A stretch of DNA of 41,762 nt from Chthoniobacterales bacterium (GCA_044326465.1 JBIRBD010000001.1:1-41762), one strand, 5' to 3'; positions 14,859 to 24,169 are shown, counted from the first letter of the stretch. The notes: a model not told the origin generated them from the letters alone. Numbers and translations: made by a program.

Positions 14859-15788
14859 GTGAAATTTTCTCTCTCTCTTCCTTTGGGAGAACCGTTACTC
14901 CTCGGTATTTCTGGTGGTCTCGACTCGGTAGCCTTATTTTATCTGCTTCTAGAGCTTGGCTATCAAAAAATCATCCTTTGCCACTTTGATCATCAGCTCC
15001 GTGGCGAAGAATCACGAGCAGACGCTTCCTTTGTGAAAGCGCTAGCAATAGTCCATCATCTTGCTTACGAAATCGGCAGTGAAGATGTTGCTGGACGTGC
15101 GGCACGCGAGCATCTTTCACTAGAAACAGCAGCCCGTGCGGCTCGCTATGAATTTTTTGCAGCCGTTGCAAAAAAGAAAAATATTAAAACGATCCTTCTG
15201 GCGCACCATGCAGATGATCAAGTGGAAACAATTTTTTTTAATTTTTTGCGCGGCTCAGGTTCTAGCGGTCTCGCCGGTATGCTTCCCATTTCTACGCGAA
15301 AAATCAACGACATTGAACTTCGGATTATTCGTCCCCTACTCACTGTTTCAAAAAAAGAGCTTGCTGATTTTTTAGCAGAAAAAAACATTCCCTTTCGTCA
15401 TGATTCCAGCAACGACACTCTTCTTCCAACACGCAATCGTCTGCGTCATCGCTTGATACCATTGCTTGATCAAATTTTTGGGACAAGCTATCGCGATGCC
15501 GTCAGGCGTGCAGCCTCTATTTTAAGCGAAGAGGATGATTTTCTTCAGTCACTGGCGGCTCCTCTTGCTGCAAAAGAAGAATTGCCTACGCATGAACTCG
15601 CAAAACTCCCGCTTGCGCTCCAACGGCGTGTTGTTTACACATGGCTACGCCATCACGGTTTTGAAGATATTGGTTTTGCAGAAGTCGAAAGGATCCTTTC
15701 TCTACAAAATCTTGATGGCCCCGCGAAGGTCAATCTACCAACCTGTCGTCATGCACGGCGTCGTGCTGGCGTTATTTTTGTGGAGTAG
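14859..15788 (+). CDS. tilS: tRNA(Ile)-lysidine synthase
   Basis: It has the PP-loop (LLLGISGGLDSVAL) followed by the HFDHQLRGEES and LLAHHADDQVET motifs. The track ORF starts at 14673 inside serS with no internal ATG, so I chose the first in-frame start after the serS stop, GTG at 14859. The 3' end overlaps convergent purD by 17 nt. Confidence 0.78.
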   Translation: MKFSLSLPLGEPLLLGISGGLDSVALFYLLLELGYQKIILCHFDHQLRGEESRADASFVKALAIVHHLAYEIGSEDVAGRAAREHLSLETAARAARYEFFAAVAKKKNIKTILLAHHADDQVETIFFNFLRGSGSSGLAGMLPISTRKINDIELRIIRPLLTVSKKELADFLAEKNIPFRHDSSNDTLLPTRNRLRHRLIPLLDQIFGTSYRDAVRRAASILSEEDDFLQSLAAPLAAKEELPTHELAKLPLALQRRVVYTWLRHHGFEDIGFAEVERILSLQNLDGPAKVNLPTCRHARRRAGVIFVE

Positions 15789-17049
15789 TAACCTTCCCAA
15801 TATCTAGCCGGAGCTGTTTACCTTCAAAACTAATTTGATCTGCCGCGTCGTAGGCTTTGGTACGAGCTTCTGCAAGTGTTGGTCCGATTGCAGTAACGCC
15901 TAAAACACGTCCTCCACTCGTAAGGAGTTGTTCTTTTTTGCGGGTGACGCCAGCATGAAAAACGATAACATTATGATCGGCGCTTGTTGCAACCTCAATT
16001 CCTTCGATGACTTTTCCTTTTTCAATCGATCCAGGATAGCCACCGGAAGCCAAAACAATACAGATCGCAGGCTGTTCATCCCAAACAGGCTCTTGTGTTG
16101 AGAGTGTCCCATCAATCGTTGCTTCGATAAGATCAAGCAAATCACTCTTAAGACGTCGCATCAAAACCTGTGTCTCGGGATCTCCAAAACGGCAATTAAA
16201 TTCAATCACTTTCGGACCTTCTGCAGTTACCATAATTCCTGGGAAAAGCATGCCTTGAAAAAACAAGCCGTCAGCTGCAATGCCTCGCAAAAATGGTTGT
16301 AGAATTTCATCATGGATCCGTCTTTCTGTTGCAGCATCGATAGCTCCCGATGGACTAATCGTTCCCATGCCGCCTGTGTTTAAGCCTTGGTCGTTATCAA
16401 GCGCCCGTTTGTGATCGCGTGCGTCAGGAAAAAGCAAATAATTTTTGCCATCAACAAGGGCATGGAGAGAACATTCTGAGCCGACGAGGAACTCTTCAAT
16501 GACAATAGTTGCTCCTGCATCACCAAAAACCTTTTCCTCCATTGCTTGTTTGATTGCTTCAATCGCCTCAACTTGATTTTTTGCAATCACTACTCCTTTG
16601 CCAAGGGCTAGGCCATCAGCTTTAATTACGAGCGGATAGGAAGCCTTGCACGCATGATGATAGGCTTTTGTAGCGTCAGTGAATGTTGCCGAAGTAGCTG
16701 TTGGAATTCCATGGCGCACCATGAAATCTTTTGCAAAAGATTTAGACGATTCCAAACGTGCCGCCGCAGCTGTAGGGCCAAAAATTTTTATTCCAGCAGC
16801 TTGAAAAATATCCACAATTCCGGCAGCTAGTGGATCATCGGGTCCAACAATTGTTAGATCCATTTGATTTTCCTGAGCAAAGCGAAGAAGACTTCTGCTA
16901 TCAGTTGCTGCGATAGGAATATTTTCAGCTACCTGTGCTGTTCCGGAATTTCCTGGTGCACAAAAAATTTTTGTCACACGCGGACTTTGTTTTAATTTCC
17001 AAGCAAGGGCATGCTCACGACCACCAGAACCGATAATAAGAAGCTTCAT
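15772..17049 (-). CDS. purD: Phosphoribosylamine--glycine ligase
   Basis: MKLLIIGSGGREHALAWKL, an ATP-grasp core and a full-length 425 aa. Confidence 0.95.
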   Translation of the reverse strand: MKLLIIGSGGREHALAWKLKQSPRVTKIFCAPGNSGTAQVAENIPIAATDSRSLLRFAQENQMDLTIVGPDDPLAAGIVDIFQAAGIKIFGPTAAAARLESSKSFAKDFMVRHGIPTATSATFTDATKAYHHACKASYPLVIKADGLALGKGVVIAKNQVEAIEAIKQAMEEKVFGDAGATIVIEEFLVGSECSLHALVDGKNYLLFPDARDHKRALDNDQGLNTGGMGTISPSGAIDAATERRIHDEILQPFLRGIAADGLFFQGMLFPGIMVTAEGPKVIEFNCRFGDPETQVLMRRLKSDLLDLIEATIDGTLSTQEPVWDEQPAICIVLASGGYPGSIEKGKVIEGIEVATSADHNVIVFHAGVTRKKEQLLTSGGRVLGVTAIGPTLAEARTKAYDAADQISFEGKQLRLDIGKVTTPQK

Positions 17050-17115
17050 GTCGTGATGATAGTGAAAATAATGACAAAGGACAAAAACAAAGGCTCTGTT
17101 TTAAAAGTAAAAAAA

Positions 17116-17160
17116 GTTGAGGGGTTGAGGGGGTGCTGCCAAACCTCTCTCTCCCTCAAC
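17116..17160. repeat. GTTGAGGG / CCCTCAAC octamer hairpin
   Basis: gttgaggggttgaggggg (17116..17133) faces cctctctctccctcaac (17144..17160) across a 10-nt loop. The G-rich arm is 5'. Confidence 0.65.
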
Positions 17161-17172
17161 TTCGCAATTAAA

Positions 17173-17296
17173 GGGGTTTGAGGGGAAAAAAGTTGAGGGG
17201 GTGAGCATATTACGTTAATTTGTCACGATCCATTGCCGTTTTTAGATAGCCCCTCAACCTCTCAACAGCGACTTTAGTCGCGACTCAACCCCTCAA
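17173..17296. repeat. Composite: G-rich octamer arm + inverted family-A left-end fragment + module D (D2)
   Basis: 17173..17201 is ggggtttgaggggaaaaaagttgaggggg. The reverse complement of 17202..17245 equals ctaaaaacggcaatggatcgtgacaaattaacgtaatatgctca, a family A left end truncated after atatgctca. 17250..17296 is cccctcaacctctcaac-agcgactttagtcgc-gactcaacccctcaa, which is module D in reverse. It ends 8 nt before the purH ATG. Confidence 0.7.
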
Positions 17297-17304
17297 TTTT
17301 TTTT

Positions 17305-18837
17305 ATGAAAATTCAACGTGCTCTTCTTTCTGTCTCTAATAAAACAGGCCTTATCGATTTTGCTCGCGGTCTTTCTGATCGAGGAGTCGAACTCATCGCC
17401 AGTGGAGGTACAGCCAAAGCACTTGCTGCAGTTGGTATTCCTGTTAGTGAGATTTCAGACTTCACAGGCTTTCCTGAAATGATGGATGGTCGTGTTAAAA
17501 CGCTTCATCCAAAAGTCCATGGGGGATTGCTCTACCTACGCGACAATCCTACACACGTTATGGAAGCTGAAAAACATAACATCCTTCCCATTGATCTGGT
17601 TTGCGTAAATCTTTATCCGTTTGTCGAGACGATCTCAAAAAAAGGAACGACGCTTGAGGAAGCAATTGAAAAAATTGATATTGGCGGTCCTTCAATGATT
17701 CGCAGTGCTGCTAAAAATCAACATGCCGTTACTGTTGTCGTCGATCCTGCTGACTACTCACGCATTCTTGATTCTATGACGGCTCATGGAGGAAGCACAA
17801 CCCCTGAATTGCGCGCACGCCTTGCTGTAAAAGCCTTTGCATTAACGGCCTCTTATGATCATGCGATTAGCTCTTACCTTGATGGTGAAATGGTTTCGAA
17901 CAATTTGTTTTCCCTTGCGTTACCGCAAGTAAGCCACCTTCGCTACGGCGAAAATCCACATCAACAGGCAGAGCTCTATGGAGATTTCTTTGACTATTTT
18001 GAAAAGCTGCATGGCAAAGAACTTTCTTTTAATAATATTCTCGATATCACTGCGGCAACACGATTGATTTCTGAATTTCAAAAACCGACGGTTGCCATTC
18101 TAAAACATACCAACCCATGTGGTGTTGGAAGTGATATGGATCTCTGTGTCGCTTGGGAGAAGGCGTTTGCGACCGATCGTTCCGCTCCCTTTGGAGGCAT
18201 CATCATCATCAACCGACCCGTTGATGAGAATTTAGCACGTATGATTTCAGAAATTTTTAGCGAGGTAATTATTGCTCCTGAATTCACGGCTGAAGCACGG
18301 GCTCTGTTGCAAAAGAAAAAAAATCTTCGATTAATGCGCCTGATTCAAGAAATACCTACTGCGACACGCGATATTCGTTCCGTTATTGGAGGGCTTTTAA
18401 TTCAAGATGCTGACACTGATGATGGAAGTACGATTGGAAAAATGGAACATCACGTTGTCAGCAGCCGCCCACCGACTCGGGAGGAGCTTGAAGCAATGGA
18501 ATTTGGCTGGAAAGTTGTCAAACATGTGAAAAGTAATGCCATTGTTTATGTTGCCCGTGATCGCACACTTGGTATTGGTGCAGGGCAGATGTCACGCGTT
18601 GACGCCTCACGCATTGCTGTTTGGAAAGCCGCAGAAGCAGGTCTCTCGCTCAAAGGAAGCGTTGTTTGCAGCGATGCTTTCTTTCCATTTGCTGACGGCC
18701 TTGTTGCTGCCGCCGACGCTGGTGCAACAGCCGCGATTCAACCGGGTGGGTCAGTACGCGATCCTGAAGTAATTACTGCTGCCAATGAACGGGGTCTTGC
18801 AATGGTCTTTACCGGCATGCGTCATTTTAGGCACTGA
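17305..18837 (+). CDS. purH: Bifunctional AICAR transformylase / IMP cyclohydrolase
   Basis: It has the MGS-like N-terminal domain ([11 protein letters not shown]), an AICARFT domain and the C-terminal ...GMRHFRH. Confidence 0.95.
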   Translation: MKIQRALLSVSNKTGLIDFARGLSDRGVELIASGGTAKALAAVGIPVSEISDFTGFPEMMDGRVKTLHPKVHGGLLYLRDNPTHVMEAEKHNILPIDLVCVNLYPFVETISKKGTTLEEAIEKIDIGGPSMIRSAAKNQHAVTVVVDPADYSRILDSMTAHGGSTTPELRARLAVKAFALTASYDHAISSYLDGEMVSNNLFSLALPQVSHLRYGENPHQQAELYGDFFDYFEKLHGKELSFNNILDITAATRLISEFQKPTVAILKHTNPCGVGSDMDLCVAWEKAFATDRSAPFGGIIIINRPVDENLARMISEIFSEVIIAPEFTAEARALLQKKKNLRLMRLIQEIPTATRDIRSVIGGLLIQDADTDDGSTIGKMEHHVVSSRPPTREELEAMEFGWKVVKHVKSNAIVYVARDRTLGIGAGQMSRVDASRIAVWKAAEAGLSLKGSVVCSDAFFPFADGLVAAADAGATAAIQPGGSVRDPEVITAANERGLAMVFTGMRHFRH

Positions 18838-18879
18838 AATATCTCTGAAAGCAGTGTTAAGGTTATTCATCCTCTGGTT

Positions 18880-19091
18880 GTAATTGCTCATCTCCTTCTG
18901 GCGAAGAAGACGAGCAAGAAGTTGTCGGTTGTCGGTTGTTCGAAAGATTTTTTTTTTAAAAATCCTATTTTATCAGCCTCTTAGGGCAACGCTTCTTTTT
19001 TAGCAGCTAAGAAAAAGTTATTTCTTCACTACCAACCGAGAACCGAGAACCAATAACCATTGCTTATCTCCAGAAGGAAATGAGCAATTAC
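18880..19091. mobile_element. MITE family B, copy B2 (212 bp)
   Basis: The TIRs are gtaattgctcatctccttctg (18880..18900) and cagaaggaaatgagcaattac (19071..19091), matching 20/21. A perfect 8-bp target-site duplication ctctggtt sits at 18872..18879 and 19092..19099. The element fills the purH/aspS convergent spacer and ends 8 nt from the aspS stop codon. Confidence 0.88.
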
Positions 19092-19099
19092 CTCTGGTT

Positions 19100-20872
19100 T
19101 TATTTTAGTTGATGCGTTGAAGCAATGGAGAGCATCTTCAAATCATTCGCAGGAATAAGCGACGGTGAATTAGTCATCAATTCTGCGCCACGATTATTTT
19201 TTGGAAAAGCGATGACATCGCGGATCGATTCTTCATAAGCTAGGAGTGCAACTAATCGATCCAGACCTAGTGCAAGACCACCATGTGGTGGAGCTCCATA
19301 ACGGAAGGCTTCGAGGAGGTGGCCGAAAAGTTTTTTTTGCTTTTCTTCATCAATGCCGAGCACCGCAAAAAGTTGCGCTTGTAAATCTCCTTCATGAATA
19401 CGCAGGCTGCCACCGCCAAGCTCGACACCGTTGAGTACGATGTCATAGGCTTCGGCACGAATTTCTCCAAATTCACCTGACTCAAGCAGGTGATGATCTT
19501 CTTGTTTAGGGCGAGTAAAGGGATGATGGACCGCATTCCATTTTTGATCTTCGAGACTGAATGCCAGTAGAGGAAAATCAACCACCCAAAGAAAATCGAG
19601 TCGTTCGCGATCGATTGGAATTTTTTGTAGCTTTGCCGTGTGCAGGCGTACACGACCGAGCGCTGTACAGGCTATTTCCCAAGTATCAGCACCAAAAAGA
19701 ATGAGGTCGCCCTCCTCAATGTTGAGCCGTTCTACCAGGGCAGCTTTTTCGGCATCACTAAAAAACTTAACAATGGGGGATTTCCATTCGTTGTTTTCAA
19801 CTTTGATAAAAGCGAGCCCCTTAGCTCCAGCGCTTTTAGCGATGCCTGTTAGTTCTTCAATCTGCCCCGTTGTGATTTCGGCAAAGCCTTTAGCATTAAT
19901 CGCCTTTACCACACCTTTATTATCAAGCGCGCCACGAAAAACTTTAAATTCGCTCTGAGAAAAGATATCACTGACGTCTTGTAGCTCCCTATCAAAGCGC
20001 ATATCAGGCTTATCGCTACCAAAGCGATTCATAACATCTTTGTACGTGAGCCTTAAAAAAGGTGTTCTAATTTCGATACCGCGCGCTTCGCGGAAAACTT
20101 TTTGAAATATTCGTTCAATGAGGCCGAAGATTTTTTCTGCAGAAATAAAGGAGGCTTCAATATCAACCTGCGTAAATTCGGGCTGGCGATCCGCGCGTAA
20201 ATCCTCATCGCGGAAGCAGCGCGCAATTTGAAAATAGCGATCAACGCCACTGACCATGAGCAATTGTTTATATTGCTGCGGAGCTTGCGGCAGGGCGTAG
20301 AAGTGACCAGGGTTTAATCTTGAGGGAACAATAAAATCGCGTGCTCCTTCCGGTGTGCTTTTAAAAAGAAGAGGGGTTTCAACTTCCCAAAATCCTTCTT
20401 CGTCGAGTTGGTCACGGATGATTTTTGTTACGCGATGCCGAAGCCGCAAATTAGCAGTCATCTCAGGGCGACGTAAATCGAGGTAGCGATAGGTCAATCG
20501 TAAATCTTCATTCGCAATACGCTCTTCCATTGGAAAAGGGGGCACTTCGGAGTGATTAAGAAGTGTCAGCATGGAGGCAACAACTTCTATTTCACCGGTT
20601 GCAAGTTTTGGATTTTCTGTACCAGTAAGGCGGCCAATAACTTCACCTTTTACGGTGATGACATCTTCTGAACGCAAACAATGAGCTGCTGTAGTAGCCT
20701 CTGGATAAAGTTCAGGACGAAAGACAATCTGTGTCATTCCATCGCGATCGCGTAGATCGATAAAAATCAAACCGCCATGATCACGTCGTGATGCAACCCA
20801 GCCACTCAAGGTTACTTGACGGCCAATATCTAAAGCGCGTAACGCGCCACAATGACAATCTCTATAATGCAT
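19100..20872 (-). CDS. aspS: Aspartate--tRNA ligase
   Basis: It has an OB anticodon-binding domain (QVTLSGWVASRRDHGGLIFIDLRD), class II motifs (FRDEDLRADRQPEFTQVD, GGGSLRIH, GLALGLDR) and a GAD insertion. The start is set to the ATG giving MHYRDCHCGALR. The track start at 20908 is a TTG inside the family C repeat. Confidence 0.93.
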   Translation of the reverse strand: MHYRDCHCGALRALDIGRQVTLSGWVASRRDHGGLIFIDLRDRDGMTQIVFRPELYPEATTAAHCLRSEDVITVKGEVIGRLTGTENPKLATGEIEVVASMLTLLNHSEVPPFPMEERIANEDLRLTYRYLDLRRPEMTANLRLRHRVTKIIRDQLDEEGFWEVETPLLFKSTPEGARDFIVPSRLNPGHFYALPQAPQQYKQLLMVSGVDRYFQIARCFRDEDLRADRQPEFTQVDIEASFISAEKIFGLIERIFQKVFREARGIEIRTPFLRLTYKDVMNRFGSDKPDMRFDRELQDVSDIFSQSEFKVFRGALDNKGVVKAINAKGFAEITTGQIEELTGIAKSAGAKGLAFIKVENNEWKSPIVKFFSDAEKAALVERLNIEEGDLILFGADTWEIACTALGRVRLHTAKLQKIPIDRERLDFLWVVDFPLLAFSLEDQKWNAVHHPFTRPKQEDHHLLESGEFGEIRAEAYDIVLNGVELGGGSLRIHEGDLQAQLFAVLGIDEEKQKKLFGHLLEAFRYGAPPHGGLALGLDRLVALLAYEESIRDVIAFPKNNRGAELMTNSPSLIPANDLKMLSIASTHQLK

Positions 20873-20896
20873 AAAATCTAGTTTGGAGTTTAGCCC

Positions 20897-20997
20897 CAAT
20901 GCCGTCAACTTAAGGCGTTAAGTGACGGCAAGGGGTTCAGGTGACAGGGTTATAGGCTACAGGTAAGTAGGCCTACGGCAAAAAGAAAAAAATTTAT
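20897..20997 (+). repeat. Family C element, copy C2 (distal end missing)
   Basis: The sequence begins caatgccgtcaacttaag-gcg-ttaagtgacggcaagggg, in which gccgtcaacttaaggcgttaagtgacggc (20901..20929) folds as a 12-bp stem with a 1-nt bulge. A heptamer run follows (ggttcag gtgacag ggttata ggctaca ggtaagt aggccta), then cggcaaaaagaaaaaaatttat. It is collinear with C1 and C3 up to that point. Confidence 0.65.
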
Positions 20998-21173
20998 CGG
21001 ATTATACAGTGTTTCGCTACGAATTAGTATGAAATATTCGGGCTAGTTTTTAAATTCATGAACCAATCCTGGAAGCCTTTGTCTAACGCGCCTATTTCAT
21101 ACTTTATCTGGTGATGCTTGCAAAGCCTGACGAGTATATATGCTATCCGCCTATTTTTAAACTCCTAAGTTAC

Positions 21174-22451
21174 TCAATAGTGGCTATTTCCATTGGCGAT
21201 AGCTGCTTTTACCCATTCAAGAAGTGCTTCTTGTGGCAATACAATTTCTTCTCGAGTGCTTAGACGTTTGATTTTTAGTTGAGGCCATTCAGCTCCAACT
21301 ATCACGGCAAAGAGTGCATTGGTATTTTCGGCAGCGCTAAATTGTTTTCCAATGCGCTCTGCCGATAGTGAAAAAGAAGTACGGATGCCAGCATTACGTA
21401 ATTGTTGAGCAGCTTGTAGAGCCTCATTTCGTCTAGTCTCCTCAGCAATGACGAAATAAACATGGCAGGCTGGATCAGCCTTCATGGCTGCTTCTTCTTG
21501 CGCTGCGGCATGAGGGCATTCTTTAATTAATTCAAGCAACACGGCATCGCCCATGCCAAAACCAACAGCTGGAAGGTTTGCCGCACCATCGCTCAAATCA
21601 TGAATAAGGCGATCATAACGGCCTCCTCCAGCCACTGCACGGAGGCCTCCACGCAAGGCAAACGCTTCAAAAACAACGCCTGTGTAGTAGGCAAGTCCAC
21701 GTACAATCGAAAGATCAGGTTTTACAAATTCCCTCAACCCTCGCGCCGATAGATCAGCTAGCAATGGGCTTAGTACAGGAATTGAGGAGGATAGCATAAA
21801 TTCTTTTAATGCAGTCACTGTTAACGTTGGTGCATTAAAAGCAGTCAACTTTTCAGAAGTTTTATCTTCTGGCTCACGTTCCATTTTGTCGATGATTCCA
21901 AGAAATGCTGGCATTTGCTCACTTGAGATTTGATGAGATTCCAAAAAATGCTGCCATGCCAAGCGATCACTTATTCTGATAACAACATCACCTGGACCAA
22001 ATCCAAAACTTTTTAATAAATCAATGAGGAGTGCAATTATCTCTGCATCTGCTGCTGGAGAGCTTTCGCCAAGAAGATCAGCATTGAATTGCAAAAATTC
22101 ACGCAAGCGTCCACGTTGTTGCCGCTCATAGCGAAAACAACTTCCTGCATTAAACCAACGCAACGGTTTTACAAATTCTCGATGATGCATTGCCACAATC
22201 CGAGCTAACGTAGGCGTCATTTCAGGCCGAAGTGCAACATCACGTTCTCCTCGATCGGTGAACTGGTAAAGCTGCGTAAGAATTTCACCACCGCTATTTT
22301 TTTTCTGATAAAGTTCCGCTGATTCCAACATTGGGCCATCAAACTCCATGAAGCCATAACAGCGCGCTGTTTCACGCCAATGATCAACAACATAACGCCG
22401 CCGTGCATAGTCGCTGGGAAGAAGATCTCGAAATCCAGAAAGGGTTTTCAT
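21174..22451 (-). CDS. hisS: Histidine--tRNA ligase
   Basis: It has class II HisRS motifs (LRPEMTPTLAR, CFRYERQQRGRLREFLQFN, GGGRYD) and an anticodon-binding C-terminal domain. Confidence 0.93.
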   Translation of the reverse strand: MKTLSGFRDLLPSDYARRRYVVDHWRETARCYGFMEFDGPMLESAELYQKKNSGGEILTQLYQFTDRGERDVALRPEMTPTLARIVAMHHREFVKPLRWFNAGSCFRYERQQRGRLREFLQFNADLLGESSPAADAEIIALLIDLLKSFGFGPGDVVIRISDRLAWQHFLESHQISSEQMPAFLGIIDKMEREPEDKTSEKLTAFNAPTLTVTALKEFMLSSSIPVLSPLLADLSARGLREFVKPDLSIVRGLAYYTGVVFEAFALRGGLRAVAGGGRYDRLIHDLSDGAANLPAVGFGMGDAVLLELIKECPHAAAQEEAAMKADPACHVYFVIAEETRRNEALQAAQQLRNAGIRTSFSLSAERIGKQFSAAENTNALFAVIVGAEWPQLKIKRLSTREEIVLPQEALLEWVKAAIANGNSHY

Positions 22452-22530
22452 AAAAATAAGGCTTGCACCTTAGCACGTGAGAAGGTAACTACCAGCCTCT
22501 TATTTTTTCAAATACACGTATATTTCCATT

Positions 22531-23304
22531 ATGGCCAAGAAAAATATTGTTTCTACAAAGAAGGTTTCTAAGGCACCTCAAAAAGCTAAGGCACCTCAAA
22601 AAGTTGTCGCAAAGAAATCTGTGAAAGCACCCGCTAAAAAAATCATTGCCGAAAAATCCGTGAAAGCACCCGCTAAAAAAATCATAGCGGAAAAGTCTGC
22701 TGTTAAAATTTCTCCCGTAAAAAAATCTGTTCCCGTTAAAAAAACAGTTTCTAGCAAACGTTCTGTAAAGCCAGTTGTTCAAGAAAGCCGCGGTGTTTTG
22801 CGGCAGACTTTTGTTAGAGAGCCGAAGATAAAGAGAGGTCCTGAACTTACTCCCTTTTTTGAAAAACAGCGTGTACGTCTCTTGCTTCTTAAGGATACAT
22901 TGCTTGATTCCATGAAAGGAGTAGCTCGTGATAACCTTCATGCAGGAAGTGATGCCTCGGCTTTTGGTATGCACCAAGCTGATGCAGGGAGTGATGCTTA
23001 TGATCGCGATTTTGCTCTAAGTATTTTGTCCCAAGAGCAAAATTCACTTTATGAGATTGACGAAGCGCTCCGTCGCATCGATGATGGGACCTATGGAGTT
23101 TGCGAAATTTCTAATAAGCCAATCTCCCGTGCTCGACTTGAGGCTCGCCCTTTTACTCGCTATACTGTAGAGTGCCAGGCTGAGCTCGAAAAAAGGCAAC
23201 ACTTTTCAGGGGTGCGTTTAGCTGTAAGCTCCCTCTTTGGTCTCACAGAAGAAGAAACTGAAAATGAGGACGACGATAACATCATCGAAAACACAAAAGA
23301 TTAA
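22531..23304 (+). CDS. DksA/TraR-family protein with lysine-rich histone-H1-like N-terminal repeats
   Basis: The C-terminal part matches the DksA zinc-finger region (IDDGTYGVCEISNKPISRARLEARPFTRYTVECQAELE) but has only 2 of the 4 Cys (CxxS...TxxC). The N-terminal ~85 aa are K/A/P/V repeats. Confidence 0.75.
   Translation: MAKKNIVSTKKVSKAPQKAKAPQKVVAKKSVKAPAKKIIAEKSVKAPAKKIIAEKSAVKISPVKKSVPVKKTVSSKRSVKPVVQESRGVLRQTFVREPKIKRGPELTPFFEKQRVRLLLLKDTLLDSMKGVARDNLHAGSDASAFGMHQADAGSDAYDRDFALSILSQEQNSLYEIDEALRRIDDGTYGVCEISNKPISRARLEARPFTRYTVECQAELEKRQHFSGVRLAVSSLFGLTEEETENEDDDNIIENTKD
22570..22695 (+). repeat. In-frame coding tandem repeats (2 x 18 bp, 2 x 39 bp)
   Basis: aaggcacctcaaaaagct / aaggcacctcaaaaagtt lie at 22570..22605. 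tctgtgaaagcacccgctaaaaaaatcattgccgaaaaa / tccgtgaaagcacccgctaaaaaaatcatagcggaaaag lie at 22618..22695. They encode KAPQKA x2 and SVKAPAKKIIAEK x2. Confidence 0.85.
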
Positions 23305-23315
23305 TCATTAAGGAA

Positions 23316-23362
23316 GTTGAGGAGTTGAGTTGCGACTACGTCGCTGTTGAGAAGTTGAGGAG
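23316..23362 (+). repeat. Module D, copy D1 (G-rich arm after the dksA-like stop)
   Basis: gttgaggagttgag-ttgcgactacgtcgc-tgttgagaagttgaggag aligns at ~85% with the reverse complement of 17250..17296. The central hairpin is gcgac-tac-gtcgc. Confidence 0.75.
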
Positions 23363-23490
23363 TTTGGAAGCGCCGCTATTGCGGTAAAATAAGAGTTTAT
23401 TTAACAGACAAAAAAATTTAAAAATTTATTCATTCAAACAGTCTTAAATAAAGACATTCAACTTCTCAAAAAATATTTACTTTAAATTTT

Positions 23491-23551
23491 TCAACCCTCT
23501 CAACCTCTCACATTTAACCCTCTCAACATCTAAACCCGCCGCGATAGCGGC
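23491..23551 (+). repeat. C-rich octamer array plus GC hairpin upstream of rpmG
   Basis: tcaaccct ctcaacct ctcacatt taaccctc tcaacatc taaaccc (23491..23537) contains no G and is the complement type of the D1 arm. It is followed by gccgc-gata-gcggc (23538..23551), which mirrors ccgc-tatt-gcgg at 23373..23384. Confidence 0.7.
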
Positions 23552-23562
23552 TTTATCAATTC

Positions 23563-23736
23563 ATGGCTCGCGATATTATTACACTAGAATGCACAGAAGC
23601 AACGGCTGAGGGAAAACCTGTTTCCCGATACGTCACAACGCGCAATAAGAAAAGTCTCAATACCCCAGGACGTCTCGAAAAGAAAAAGTATAATCCTAAT
23701 CTTCGCCGCCACACTCTTCACCGGGAGACCAAGTAA
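23563..23736 (+). CDS. rpmG: 50S ribosomal protein L33
   Basis: My own translation gives [57 protein letters not shown] (57 aa), the typical L33 pattern. It is below the ORF-track size cut-off, and its TAA overlaps the rpsR ATG (TAATG). Confidence 0.85.
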   Translation: MARDIITLECTEATAEGKPVSRYVTTRNKKSLNTPGRLEKKKYNPNLRRHTLHRETK

Positions 23737-23981
23737 TGCTCACTCAACCTAAGACCGCAAAACGTCGTTCTAACTTTCGTCGTGCTAACCGCTCGATGCC
23801 ACATCGTCGTATCGACATTGCTACAGAAGCTATCGATTTTAAAAATCCTGATCTGCTTAAGAAATTCACTACAGAGAATGGTAAAATTCTCTCTCGTCGT
23901 ACGACTGGCGTAGCAGCTCATCTTCATCGCAAGATTACACGGGCTATTAAGCGCTCTCGTGCAGCATTGATAATGAAGTAG
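23736..23981 (+). CDS. rpsR: 30S ribosomal protein S18
   Basis: [46 protein letters not shown] is a canonical S18 core. Confidence 0.9.
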   Translation: MLTQPKTAKRRSNFRRANRSMPHRRIDIATEAIDFKNPDLLKKFTTENGKILSRRTTGVAAHLHRKITRAIKRSRAALIMK

Positions 23982-23985
23982 TACT

Positions 23986-24169
23986 ACCCGTTCAGAAGAA
24001 CGGATCAGTGAAGAGTAAAGAGTGAAGGGTAGAGAGTATTTTTAGTCTGAAATTAGACGATCATTTGAAATCTACTCTCATACAATCCCTCTTTAGAAAA
24101 CAATTAATAGAAAATTTTGTTTTCACACGATTTACTCTTTATCCTTCACAACCGTTCTGCTGAACGGTT
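23986..24169. repeat. Composite palindrome filling the rpsR/gltB convergent spacer
   Basis: The outer inverted repeat is acccgttcagaagaacgg (23986..24003) and ccgttctgctgaacggtt (24152..24169), and each half is also a local hairpin ccgttc-N4-gaacgg. The inner heptamer arrays are gtgaaga gtaaaga gtgaagg gtagaga gta (24008..24038) and tactctttatccttcac (24133..24149). Confidence 0.75.

Noticed and set aside
17113-17296. Possible CRISPR array (repeated GTTGAGG-type units)
   Set aside because: The units are 7-8 nt and contiguous, with no spacers of 25-40 nt and no regular 28-37-nt repeats. They occur as inverted pairs, and there are no cas genes anywhere in the window.
17050-17304. ZTP (pfl) riboswitch upstream of purH, and T-box or other leaders upstream of serS, aspS and hisS
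   Set aside because: I could not find the conserved ZTP pseudoknot motifs or a T-box sequence. The spacers are fully accounted for by repeat elements. A covariance-model scan would be needed for a definitive answer.
21026-21103. 11-bp perfect inverted repeat agtatgaaata / tatttcatact with a 56-nt loop in the hisS-aspS spacer
   Set aside because: It is AT-rich with a single occurrence and no similarity to the defined families. There is insufficient evidence for an RNA gene or element.
22489-22977. 162-aa minus-strand ORF opposite the dksA-like gene
   Set aside because: It is the antisense reading of the lysine-codon (AAA/AAG) repeat region, which gives an F/L-rich artefact. The + strand product has a recognisable DksA/TraR C-terminus.
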